A stretch of 64,000 nucleotides of DNA from the IMG/VR virus record IMGVR_UViG_2595698455_000001, positions 32,001-96,000 of that record, one strand, 5' to 3'. Both the position numbers and the translations under genes were made by a program. Positions within the stretch are counted from its first letter, which is position 1; each line of letters opens with the position of its first letter. The notes below the pieces were generated by a model. The model was not told the DNA's origin and searched no databases. It saw only the letters and a list, made by a program, of their open reading frames with translations. The stretch is from a virus. Taxonomy: Duplodnaviria; Caudoviricetes. Positions 39,898 through 49,571 of this stretch are shown here, one piece after another.

Positions 39898-40731
39898 TTA
39901 TTGGAAATCACCAACATACATGTTCAGCTTGTCATCCCAGTTCAGAACGACGCGGATCGTTCCGGCATCTCCGGGGAAGGTCAGCTTAGAGCACATGGCG
40001 CGGTTGACATAAGTCCCGCTCTGGTTGACATTATAGTCCTTCCCAGCACAGACGCCGAAACGTTTGAAGTCGCGGGTCACCATCATGTTCAGAGTTGTCC
40101 AAGGGAGTGCATCGCGCAGGGCTTTACACAGGATGATATTTCCATTCGGCCTGAAGGAGACAAACATCTCATTGGCGATGCGGTGGCGATGCGGTGGCTC
40201 GAGTTCACGCAGGGAGATGAATTCGGATCCCTTTACCTTTTCGGCCAATGCCTCCACTTCTACCGAATCTGGTTTGAACGATTCTACGACTTTGCTAGCC
40301 TTCTGAACAACAAGTTCGACTTTGCATTTTTCTGTGCAGTGTTCAGCATGATTGGTGTTCGCCAGAGATAGTTTGGTGGCGGGTATGATAATAGAACTTG
40401 CATCCGGTTTCGCCTTCGGCGCGTTGAGAGCCATGCGGAGCTGTAGGCGAGAGACCGGAGTTTCTTGAGGAATCTTGCCACTGAAGTCGGAAACGTTCAC
40501 CCAATCGCCCTGATCATTGCGCATGGCAACCAGAATCAATTTGTGAATGACGCCATGCATCTTGCTCTCCCGCATGTTGTCAGCATACCAGAGAGTCGCG
40601 CCCATCTCAAACTTCTCAGCAAAGATCACACGGGAGTCTTCGTGTATAAGCAATACCCGCGCCGCGTTTGGAGCGGAGGATTTATTCTTTTCGATAATCG
40701 CCGCAGCGATAGTTTTTGTCAAGAGCATCAC
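39898..40731 (-). CDS. hypothetical protein
   Basis: 277-aa ORF. Confidence 0.7.
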   Translation of the reverse strand: MMLLTKTIAAAIIEKNKSSAPNAARVLLIHEDSRVIFAEKFEMGATLWYADNMRESKMHGVIHKLILVAMRNDQGDWVNVSDFSGKIPQETPVSRLQLRMALNAPKAKPDASSIIIPATKLSLANTNHAEHCTEKCKVELVVQKASKVVESFKPDSVEVEALAEKVKGSEFISLRELEPPHRHRIANEMFVSFRPNGNIILCKALRDALPWTTLNMMVTRDFKRFGVCAGKDYNVNQSGTYVNRAMCSKLTFPGDAGTIRVVLNWDDKLNMYVGDFQ

Positions 40732-40777
40732 GGAGTATTCCTTCAGTTTAATGTGGGGCTAAATTTTAACCCGAAAC

Positions 40778-41110
40778 CTATTTTTGAAACCCGACAAAGT
40801 CCTGAGCAATCCCACGACAATACATCAGATCTTTCTTCGTCTGTGGGCTATTATCGGCGGCGGTCAGCATCATGGGTAGGTCCAGAGCATTCTCAATCTC
40901 GTCCACGCTGAACAGATCCAGGCGCTTCATCTCACCCTCGAAGTCAGACAGAAGGATGGAAGTATCTTTGTCGTCTGGGTGGAATTGCTGGTACGTGTTC
41001 ATCCAGGCCACACACGTGTTCAGCTTAGACGGTGGTGCTGCATACGCGCCAGCAACGTAACCCACGACAACAGCCAGCAACAACAGGAGGACGATTTTGC
41101 GTGCCATCAT
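40778..41110 (-). CDS. secreted protein with a Cys pair
   Basis: Signal peptide ending AYA; two Cys. Confidence 0.7.
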   Translation of the reverse strand: MMARKIVLLLLLAVVVGYVAGAYAAPPSKLNTCVAWMNTYQQFHPDDKDTSILLSDFEGEMKRLDLFSVDEIENALDLPMMLTAADNSPQTKKDLMYCRGIAQDFVGFQK

Positions 41111-41793
41111 TCGTTCTCCTTCATCATATTGTCGCAGTCAACACGGGTCTGCTGGAGTTCGCGTGACATGCGAGGATCATCAAGATTCACGCTCAGGTCG
41201 GTGGCCAGATCTTTCAGGCCGTTCTGAACACGATCCTCAAAATAACGGTCATTCTCCACCAACCAGGCTCTGAGGCCGAGAGCGCGGGTGCGCCATTCTT
41301 TCTTCAAAGTGCGATCGGAGGTTTGTGTGGCGCTGTATTCGAAAACCTTGATGCACTGGTTGCCATCATTGATCAGGTTCAGGTGACGGCGGCCTATCTG
41401 CACACCCTTCTGCAATGCCGGAGAAGGAAGAGAACGGCACTCTCTCACCTTTATGCGACCTTGTGTGCCCATTCGGCCAGTCATGATCAAATCACCTGCC
41501 TCCATGCCGCCTCGATTAAATTCATCGTCATTTAGGTAGCCCTTGAGGTTATAGGCTCCCTGTTTGTAACGATTGAACTCAATCCCAGCATTGACCACAG
41601 CAGTGGAGATGTTGCCTGTGTTCCAGAGTTCGGCGAAGTTCTCTATTGAACCAGACTTATCGATGGCGACTGCCTGAGAAAACCCAGCACAGTAGGAAAG
41701 ATCAGACCACAGTTTGTCACCTGTGGAGTTCAGCTTGGCGGTGGCGGGTAATGCCAGACCAGCCAGCACAGCCCCGAGGATTAAACGTTTCAT
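41107..41793 (-). CDS. secreted protein with two Cys pairs
   Basis: MKRLILGAVLAGLALPATA signal peptide; early promoter at about 41822-41851. Confidence 0.75.
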   Translation of the reverse strand: MKRLILGAVLAGLALPATAKLNSTGDKLWSDLSYCAGFSQAVAIDKSGSIENFAELWNTGNISTAVVNAGIEFNRYKQGAYNLKGYLNDDEFNRGGMEAGDLIMTGRMGTQGRIKVRECRSLPSPALQKGVQIGRRHLNLINDGNQCIKVFEYSATQTSDRTLKKEWRTRALGLRAWLVENDRYFEDRVQNGLKDLATDLSVNLDDPRMSRELQQTRVDCDNMMKENE

Positions 41794-41877
41794 GGTGGTT
41801 CTCCTTATTTCATTGGATGAAATGATAGGCGGCTCACCATGTTGAGTAAAGGGTTTCAATAAACTATCGTATTCAGA

Positions 41878-42336
41878 TTAGTGCCGACTATCACTGACCG
41901 TCCGGTACTTCACACCCTTGAACTGCTTGGCAACCTTGACAAACTCCAGGGCAGGCATGTCCACTTTGTAGACCTTGAGGCGCTGGCGATCATCCATGTT
42001 CAGGGCAGCGACATAACGGTGGGAGCCGTCTACCACATAGTTGTCAGAAGACACCCAAACCCGACCCATGGGCTTCTTATTTCGAATGTTCTTCATGATC
42101 TTCCAGACCTTCATCTTGTTGATTTCGTTCTGGGTAAGACGGAGAGATCTGATTGGAACCTGTCCAGCATCGATGGTGATGCCAAGTTCCTCCAGGTAGT
42201 CATGGAACGCCTGCTGCTTGTCATCGTCGATTTGTGGCATCGAAGAACGAGAAAGCCCGAGGTTTCCAACAGGAATCCTCAGGCCGTTGATAATGTTCAA
42301 CCAGTCTATGAAGGAAGACATGAACATGAGATTCAC
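41878..42336 (-). CDS. ParB/sulfiredoxin-like protein
   Basis: LRLTQ and VSSDNYVVDGSHR motifs. Confidence 0.7.
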   Translation of the reverse strand: MNLMFMSSFIDWLNIINGLRIPVGNLGLSRSSMPQIDDDKQQAFHDYLEELGITIDAGQVPIRSLRLTQNEINKMKVWKIMKNIRNKKPMGRVWVSSDNYVVDGSHRYVAALNMDDRQRLKVYKVDMPALEFVKVAKQFKGVKYRTVSDSRH

Positions 42337-42349
42337 CTCGGGATATGGA

Positions 42350-42592
42350 TTATCCCTTAGTTAGCCTCCCTGTCAATCTTTCCTTCCAGGTCAATTTCCG
42401 TTCTGTGAGTCGTTCTGTACTGTGAATTTCTAACAAACAGAATGCCCGACAATTGAAAGTGTCTCTGCCCTTTTCTGTTATACGGCGAGCCTCAAGTTCT
42501 GCGGCGTCACGGTACGTTGATCCCAGTTCATGAACTTCGAAACCTTTGCTATCATGGAACCACGTATGCACCACTGCGATGAATCTTGGCAT
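42350..42592 (-). CDS. hypothetical protein
   Basis: 80-aa ORF ending KLTWKERLTGR. Confidence 0.65.
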   Translation of the reverse strand: MPRFIAVVHTWFHDSKGFEVHELGSTYRDAAELEARRITEKGRDTFNCRAFCLLEIHSTERLTERKLTWKERLTGRLTKG

Positions 42593-42594
42593 GA

Positions 42595-42883
42595 TTACAC
42601 CTCGTCTTCTTCAGGTCCACCATCAATAAGGATACGAGCGGTGTCGAAACCTTCCCCGCCTGTGTTCAACAACTTGGTCAGGTCGTCAAGGGTATCGACA
42701 GGACCAAGATCGGCCTTGCGCAGAACGAACTCGAGAAGGCCGTAGAGCGCTGTTTTATACCGTTCATTGTCGATATCATTTTTGACTTTCATTAAGTCAA
42801 TAATTGCATCCGTCTCCCTGAAACCTGTTTCAACTTCGCTGCGCACCATAGAGAACAGAGCGAGTTCTTCGTCCTTTTTTCAT
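42595..42883 (-). pseudogene. hypothetical gene with an apparent +1 frameshift in an A6 run
   Basis: ATGA-coupled start at 42883 gives MKKDEELALFSMVRSE only if one A is removed. Confidence 0.55.
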
Positions 42884-43254
42884 AACGTACCACCGACGGA
42901 GATCATGAACTCTTCTTCCATGGTCGTGACAGGGCGGCGGTTGCGGGTTTCAATCATAAACCCCCAGCCACCGTCAGTGACGTTGCCAAAGGTCTTGACA
43001 CCAAAGGTCTTAGTCCCGTTGGAGCAGGCATAGAAGTCCAGGATGAACGGGCTACCCTGATTGTCGATCCCACGGTTTACGCCGTCTGACACGCAGCGCT
43101 CAATCATCTTCCCATTCTTATACAGAACGAGGTCTTGGCCATACGCCTTGAAAGCATAAACGCCGTTGGTAGACACTCCGGTGATTACAGGAGGAGCGGA
43201 AACAGCAGCGAAGGAAGCGCCCAGCAGGGCAACGGCGAGGATTAACTTTTTCAT
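42880..43254 (-). CDS. secreted protein
   Basis: MKKLILAVALLGASFAAVSA signal peptide; Cys pair. Confidence 0.7.
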   Translation of the reverse strand: MKKLILAVALLGASFAAVSAPPVITGVSTNGVYAFKAYGQDLVLYKNGKMIERCVSDGVNRGIDNQGSPFILDFYACSNGTKTFGVKTFGNVTDGGWGFMIETRNRRPVTTMEEEFMISVGGTL

Positions 43255-43266
43255 GATATAGTCTCT

Positions 43267-43722
43267 TCAGAATTGGAATGATTGTTTCATAACGTTCACC
43301 ATGTAGGATGGGTCTACTGGTGTGCGGTTATACGTGATTTTGCCCATGCCATTCAGACGCTCGACAATGCGCTCGACATTCTCTTCGACTGCGGCCTGAG
43401 TCGGTTGGTAATCGTTAAGATAGATCGCGAGTTCCTGTCGATTGTCTGGCGTCACCTGATTGCGGAGCGAAGGATAGTTGACAGTATACCCACGGGAAAG
43501 CAGTTCGGCGACAAGCTGATCATAGCGCTCGATCAGATAAATGAGCTTGTCCCGGAAGAACAGCACATGACCTTCGTTGAGTTTGTACTGCTTCGGCGCA
43601 CCCTTGAGGTTGCGGCGCTTGCCGTTCACCACATTAAGAACGACAGGCGCGAGTTCAGTGTACTCGGCAAGGAGGTGCTGGTCACAAAGAGATTCAACGG
43701 GGATGACATTAATACGGGTCAT
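43267..43722 (-). CDS. denV: pyrimidine-dimer DNA glycosylase / endonuclease V
   Basis: MTRIN, DQHLLAEYTEL, GHVLFFRDKL and RGY motifs. Confidence 0.88.
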   Translation of the reverse strand: MTRINVIPVESLCDQHLLAEYTELAPVVLNVVNGKRRNLKGAPKQYKLNEGHVLFFRDKLIYLIERYDQLVAELLSRGYTVNYPSLRNQVTPDNRQELAIYLNDYQPTQAAVEENVERIVERLNGMGKITYNRTPVDPSYMVNVMKQSFQF

Positions 43723-43782
43723 GATATAGTTCCTGCAATTTCAAATAGACGGGGTAATCATACCCCGCCCAAAGTTATAGAA

Positions 43783-44022
43783 TTAACTGATATGCTTCAG
43801 AAGAGCGAAGAGGATCGCGGCCTTGGCCTTCACCTTGCCGACGACGCCAGTCTCGACATCGACTTCTTCGGCAACCCACTCTTTGCCCTTCTTGCTGATG
43901 ATAACATCGCGGCGTGACGCATAGACTTCTTTGGTCGCATACACACGACGGAACCCTTTAGCGCGGAGCAATCCCCAATTGCGGTCGATTTCTACTGAGG
44001 TTTCTACCATTTTGTTCTTCAT
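43783..44022 (-). CDS. hypothetical protein
   Basis: 79-aa ORF behind an early promoter at about 44075-44105. Confidence 0.65.
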   Translation of the reverse strand: MKNKMVETSVEIDRNWGLLRAKGFRRVYATKEVYASRRDVIISKKGKEWVAEEVDVETGVVGKVKAKAAILFALLKHIS

Positions 44023-44145
44023 GATATAATCTTACCTTTCAACCTGGTGAACCCCATCGTTCGCCAGTTATTGAATAATAGGACATTCTTTAGAGGAAGT
44101 AAACCCCTAAAAGTAAAAATCCCCAACGTTTGTTGGGGACTTCTG

Positions 44146-44469
44146 TTATTTGCGCAGGGCAACCACGTACTCCGCGAGTTCACCCATGGTCGGGTCATCG
44201 CCTTTACTACCCAGCCAGCTGTCTAAGATGTCCACCTCAAACTCTTCTTCGAGGTCCATTACGATTTCGATGGCATCCAGTTCGTCACCGCCGAGGTCTT
44301 TCTTGGTGCGAAGGCCAGCCAGCTTGTCCAGTGCGTCTTCGTTTTGAGCCGCCACGTCATCCAGCAGTTTGCGCTTGTCTTCATCACGCCACATATCCAT
44401 ATTCAGATTGTCGGTGGCGTACTGAGCCAGATGGCGCATGACCTCAACATATGTTGGTTTGCTACTCAT
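44146..44469 (-). CDS. acyl carrier protein-like protein lacking the pantetheinylated Ser
   Basis: DLGGDELDAIEIVMDLEEEFEVDI matches ACP helix II (E. coli [20 protein letters not shown]). Confidence 0.8.
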   Translation of the reverse strand: MSSKPTYVEVMRHLAQYATDNLNMDMWRDEDKRKLLDDVAAQNEDALDKLAGLRTKKDLGGDELDAIEIVMDLEEEFEVDILDSWLGSKGDDPTMGELAEYVVALRK

Positions 44470-44511
44470 GTTCTTGCTCCCAAAATAAGGCGGGTTGCCC
44501 CGCCTGTTGGA

Positions 44512-46716
44512 TTAGATTTTGATCTCTTTCTCTGCCAATTCAGCAGTGACCTTGTACTTCACACCATCCACTTCGACTTCCATGGTGGACTCTTCCAGGT
44601 CGAGGTCGGTGAACCAGCCGTGGCCTGCAACGATGCCATACACCACTTTGGACAATTTCTTGTTCAGAGCACGGACTTCAGTGATGGCCGCCTTGGCCGC
44701 AGCGTCGATCCAGCTTTCGATCAGCTGTTTCTGTACGGCTTCAGGCACAGCAGTAATCGCCGGGGACTTCACAAATGCATCATACTCTTTCAGCGCATTG
44801 GCGATGAACATGTCACCAGCATTCAGGTTCTTCTTGTCGGCGATCTTCTTCTGCACCGCTGCGATAGACGGCAGGGAAGACGCCCCAGCGATCTTAACGT
44901 TCAGCTCACGGCTCATGTAGACATCCGTGGAGTCCTTCAGCTCGGTCTTCGGCGAGAAGCCATAATCGCGGATGCCAACACCAGACAGATATTCTGCGGC
45001 TTCAGCGCCGTACTGAATAGCCAGGCCTTTGGCATTGCCTTTACCAACCAGCTCATCGCGATAGAACTTCAGTACCTTCTGTTTGCCTTTCAGGGCTTCC
45101 AGGCGAACGTTGTCGGTAAAGAACTCGGCAGCACTGATGTTCTTAACCATCGCACGGTTGACCAGTGGTATGCTTTCCAGGTTCAGGATAAACACTTCCG
45201 GACCACCGAACACGTGTACGCCCATCTGGCACAGGTTGGTTACGACTTCAACATCGGCGTTGAACGGCAGGGTCTTCACGTTGATGATACCATCTTTGAC
45301 GATGGTATAGTTGCGCCACTGGAAGGTTTCCAGTTCTTCAGGCAGGCCAAACTTCTTCTGGGCGAACTCAGGCACCGCCACAGTGCCGTGCTGGATTGTA
45401 CGCACACTGATGTTCGGGCGCTCAGAGTTATAGACCAGGTCGCTGATAGGGACAAAGCCGAGGTCATCTGCAGGTTCAAACGACGGTGTCCACTCTTCGT
45501 GCTCGGCCAGCTTGAGAGCCAGGGCTTTACGCTCTTCTTTGGATTGAGCATTCGCGATCTCTTCCGCCAGCTTGTCTTCGGTGTCGTCCGCTTTCTGTAC
45601 AGTACCGCGACCAATGCTCTTGTAGGAGAACATCGGGTGTTTGGTGGCAACAGACACGCCAGCTTCGGCCAGGTACGTCAGCACATCAACAACAGTGGTC
45701 GCATCTTCAGCCGGGACCATATTGTAGTCGATACCGTCCACGCCGCGCAGCTGGTCGTCAACTATGGCCTGCGTCAAATCGACTTTGATGTTGGAGTAGT
45801 CTTGCTTGGTGAAACAGTTGCTGTACTGTTTGATGAAGCGAACGTCGCCCGTTTTCTTCAGTGCAGCCCACACCAGGTCGGCGTCCATGATGTGTACGCC
45901 GTAGAATGCCAGCACGTATGCCGCCTGGATGTCAGCCAGCGCATCAAGCTGGTCGATCATGTCGGGGTTGACAACCCACAGCTTCGTGACGCTCTCAGGG
46001 ATGCTCACGTGGCCGATAGGATGTCCTTCATCGTTCTGTTGGACAGCCAGAACAGTCGCCGCGCCGTTTTCAACATAAATTGCATGATCATACAGCAACG
46101 GAACGTCAACAACCACTTTTGGCGTGGATGACTTCAGCACGTTTTCTAGCTCAGTCTGATATTCAGTCTGGCCTTCGGCAAACACGTGAGTTGCGCCGGA
46201 ACGTTCAGACATCTGAGCCAGCAGTTCGCGGTTACAATACCAGCCGTATTCGATGAATGTAACGTTGTCGAATGCGGAAGGAAGTTTTTCGGCGGTGTCC
46301 AGGATTTCATTGGAACGCCAGCAGTTGTCATAACCATCGGTCATGAACGCCAGGTTGTTGACGTAGCCGGGTTTCTTCAGATCACGTGCGGTGTCCATCG
46401 CCAGTTTCAACGGCTCAACAAAGCCAGTACAGCCGGATGGTTGCAGGAAGCGATCGATGAGTTTGTTCAGCTCGCTCAGGTCAGACGCAGCACTGATCTG
46501 ACGACCTGCGAACACAGTACCAAAATCGCCACGGGATGAGAAGTACAGGAGGCTCACGGTGTCTTCCGGTTTCACCAGAGAAGGCAGGTTCTCCTTCAGG
46601 TGCTTACGGACTTCAGGGAGCGCCCGGTACATGGAACCGGAAATGTCCACAACGATTACATGGTTGGACGGAGCAACAGTCGCAACCGCATTCTTAAACT
46701 CCAGGGATTCAATCAT
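44512..46716 (-). CDS. vWA (MIDAS) domain protein
   Basis: VVDISGSM and FMTDG motifs. Confidence 0.85.
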   Translation of the reverse strand: MIESLEFKNAVATVAPSNHVIVVDISGSMYRALPEVRKHLKENLPSLVKPEDTVSLLYFSSRGDFGTVFAGRQISAASDLSELNKLIDRFLQPSGCTGFVEPLKLAMDTARDLKKPGYVNNLAFMTDGYDNCWRSNEILDTAEKLPSAFDNVTFIEYGWYCNRELLAQMSERSGATHVFAEGQTEYQTELENVLKSSTPKVVVDVPLLYDHAIYVENGAATVLAVQQNDEGHPIGHVSIPESVTKLWVVNPDMIDQLDALADIQAAYVLAFYGVHIMDADLVWAALKKTGDVRFIKQYSNCFTKQDYSNIKVDLTQAIVDDQLRGVDGIDYNMVPAEDATTVVDVLTYLAEAGVSVATKHPMFSYKSIGRGTVQKADDTEDKLAEEIANAQSKEERKALALKLAEHEEWTPSFEPADDLGFVPISDLVYNSERPNISVRTIQHGTVAVPEFAQKKFGLPEELETFQWRNYTIVKDGIINVKTLPFNADVEVVTNLCQMGVHVFGGPEVFILNLESIPLVNRAMVKNISAAEFFTDNVRLEALKGKQKVLKFYRDELVGKGNAKGLAIQYGAEAAEYLSGVGIRDYGFSPKTELKDSTDVYMSRELNVKIAGASSLPSIAAVQKKIADKKNLNAGDMFIANALKEYDAFVKSPAITAVPEAVQKQLIESWIDAAAKAAITEVRALNKKLSKVVYGIVAGHGWFTDLDLEESTMEVEVDGVKYKVTAELAEKEIKI

Positions 46717-47251
46717 CGTTATTGCCTTCTTCAGGGTTGTTATCGGCCTCACCTTCCGGCTTGGTCAGCATATGTTCAACGAATTCACGATACAGCTCAA
46801 TCTGGCTCATCAGTACATCCGTTGGATTAAAGCGGCGGTCGAGGTTGTCGACGCCCGCACGGTTAATTTGGTTGGTCATGACATTACCCCATTTAATCTC
46901 ATTTAACAAGACAACGCCCTGTTGGGATTTAATGGCGACCTTCACAGCATCGAGATGTTCTTTCTCGACTGTGATGATAAGAGTTATACAGGTTTTCTGT
47001 TTGCGCCAAGCCTTGAAATGAGAGACGAAAGACACGTCTTTCTCTTTCATACCGCTCTCGGACTGTACCGGGATGAACACGACACCAGACTCGATGACGA
47101 CTTCCGCATCATCGGGCATATCATCTGTGATGTCATCAATGTACTCACCATTGACCTTGATCGCATGATCATCATGCCAGGCATCCTTCACCCAGTAAGT
47201 GTCATCATGGTAATATTCTTTGAATTCCGCGCCTTTCATCTTCACAGACAT
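46709..47251 (-). CDS. hypothetical protein, possibly two genes read in one frame
   Basis: Internal GGGG SD and ATG (MTNQIN) at 46879. Confidence 0.55.
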   Translation of the reverse strand: MSVKMKGAEFKEYYHDDTYWVKDAWHDDHAIKVNGEYIDDITDDMPDDAEVVIESGVVFIPVQSESGMKEKDVSFVSHFKAWRKQKTCITLIITVEKEHLDAVKVAIKSQQGVVLLNEIKWGNVMTNQINRAGVDNLDRRFNPTDVLMSQIELYREFVEHMLTKPEGEADNNPEEGNNDD

Positions 47252-47293
47252 CAGGTTTCCCTCAAAACGGGGGAGTCTCCTCCCCTTCGGTTA

Positions 47294-47626
47294 TCAAATT
47301 TGTGATGCCAGTTCCATCACCAGAGGAGCGGCACGAACACGCGCTTCTTCCAGAGTTTGGGTGTTGAAGAACTTACCATCACGGTACACCAGCTGGTGCT
47401 GGTTGTCGGCGTCTTGTACCTGATCAAAGGTGATACCGTCAACCAACACTAGTTTACCCTGAGAGTCTTTAATGACTTTAAGGAAACCACGCGCAGACTT
47501 TTTAGTCCCGCCTTTGTCGGTCTTCGGCTCTTTGAAGATCTCACGGAATTCGCCGTTCACCTTACCAGCTGTTGCTTTCACCGCCGTCCCAGTGCTGTCG
47601 CGGGTGTTCAATTTCAAACGAAACAT
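47294..47626 (-). pseudogene. C-terminal remnant of a nicotinamide phosphoribosyltransferase-like gene
   Basis: TRDSTGTAVKAT...IFKEPKTD..KKSARG...VYRDGK...TLEEARVR is the NAMPT C-terminus; the catalytic core is missing. Confidence 0.8.
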
Positions 47627-47699
47627 AATGTAGCCTCATGGTTTAGTGTACAGCTGTATTATACTGTGGTGTACAAATTGAAACGCCCAGCAAATATAC

Positions 47700-48674
47700 T
47701 AGGCGTCATTGTTATTGAAAGTATTTTACGATTTGGTGCTATCTGACTTCCAATGCTGGCGCTTGTAGTGGGTTGCCATCTCCATCGTGCCCGCATACTT
47801 TGTTTCACCACGGATGACAACAGCCACGGCCAGCTTATGGCGGAGCAGTTCATCCAGACCGGACTTTGACTTCAAAGGATTTCACGGCAGTTTCCAGATC
47901 ACGACCTTCCGACAGATCTTGCAGCAACGTGCCGATGACAGTATTTCGGATGCCTAAAGAACGTGCCACATTTTCACGTGTGCCTTCATACCAGTAGAAT
48001 CGTGCTTGCAGCTCTTCGGTCATCTGCGTCACGCGAGGATACAACTTGCGTTTGAAATCAAAGAAATTTTGTACCGTATGCTTGTGCTCGTCACCGCGAT
48101 ACAGAGAATTCTGATCGGATTAGTTCCAGAACGATCTCGGCTGACTCCAGAGTTAATTCTTCAGCCGAGCACGGAAGACTTCCACAGCAGGGCGAATTTC
48201 GCCCTTCTTAGAAGCAATGTCATCGCCGCGCAGAACGAATTTGCCGCGCAGGTCGGTGTGGAAGTGATTGTATGTGCGCACATTGCCGTCTTTCATTTCG
48301 TGATTAGACTCAACGCCGACTTTCTTGGTGTCGTTGAAATACACGTCGACGATTGCGTGTTGTTTAACATACGCAGACAGCGCCGCAGCGACAACATCGT
48401 ATTCGTTGCCCAGTTGAATACCGTCCCAAATGGTGACCAATTGGTAATCAGGAGTGATGGTGACCACGCCGCCGATGTTACGGATGAATTGTTTGCAGCA
48501 GGTGCAGTCATGCTCAGTACGTTCACGGTACAGCGGGTTGGTGCCAGCCGGGAATGACGCCAGATACAGATCCCAGAGAGCATCTTTATCAGCGCTGGTC
48601 ATGAACAGGCCAGTATTAGACATTGTTTTGAGGTTATTGTTAACGGCTACTGCGAAAGGCTTAAATTCTGACAT
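47700..48674 (-). pseudogene. fragmented large conserved phage protein
   Basis: N-terminal FPAGTNPLYRERTEHDCTCCKQFIR; continues over frameshifts (LTLESAEIVLELI, QNSLYRGDEH, IRNTVIGTLLQDLSEG) and then breaks off. Confidence 0.65.
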
Positions 48675-48784
48675 GATGTAGTCTTCCTGTTTCAGTTCAA
48701 ATTAGCGCCCCGATGGAGCGCATCGTTAAAGTGAGGTCAATAATACGTTGAAAGAGTTATTGAAGAACCAAGTAATGCAGATCT

Positions 48785-49570
48785 TTATTCAGAAGAACCG
48801 TATCGTTCTATCCATTTAGGACATTTCAAAGGTTCCCACCCTTTATTGAAACGTTCGATAATGCTGTTTGTCGCATTAAAAGCCTTCAAATCCTTTGTTC
48901 CGTACACATGCATGAGGGCTTCCGCTCTTTTCATCGTCTTCAAAGATTGCATAAGCAAATCAGCTTTTGACCAATACGCATCATTTTCGGGGTTCCATTT
49001 CGCTTTCTCCCAAGGCAACTTCACCAACATACCTTTCTGGGCGTTTTCTTTCTGTTTGGATCGTTGTTCCGGTGTGAAAGAATTGGTTAAGTCCTTCCCA
49101 TAATTGGGATTGAGTTCCCCGAGTTTTGATTTTCTATAACCGGACACATCGGATATGCGTTTCCTTTTCGAAAGCCACTCGGCCTTTTGTTCCTCTGACA
49201 TACCACAATAGAATGAGTTCAACGCAGAACTGATCTTAGACTTTGTCGCTTCTTCGTGTTCAGTCATAGACAAATACACAGGATTACCGTCCCTATCACA
49301 CATGAATTTGTTCATAGAGAAAGGGCTTCTGTATGTCTTGGATATCAGTAAAGATTCCAGACGCAAAACTTCCTCGGTGGTGTCCGCAACAAAGACAATC
49401 TTTATGTCGAAATAATCTTTTCCGTGCTCTTCAATAATAGACTTTACGGTATTTGAAGAGGTATAGTATTTCACCCAGAAGTCGGCTGGGTTACACGTAT
49501 TAGAAAATCGACAACCGTAATAGAATCTTCCGTCTTTGGCTCGAACCCGATACACATACGGCTGTCTCAT
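48785..49570 (-). mobile_element. GIY-YIG (Seg-like) homing endonuclease
   Basis: YVYRV...FYYGCR...YYTSS...LE and GELNPNYGK motifs; AT-rich. Confidence 0.8.
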
Positions 49571-49571
49571 A

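Noticed and set aside
44344-46131. 595-aa plus-strand ORF
   Set aside because: Antisense shadow of the vWA gene; no motifs or RBS
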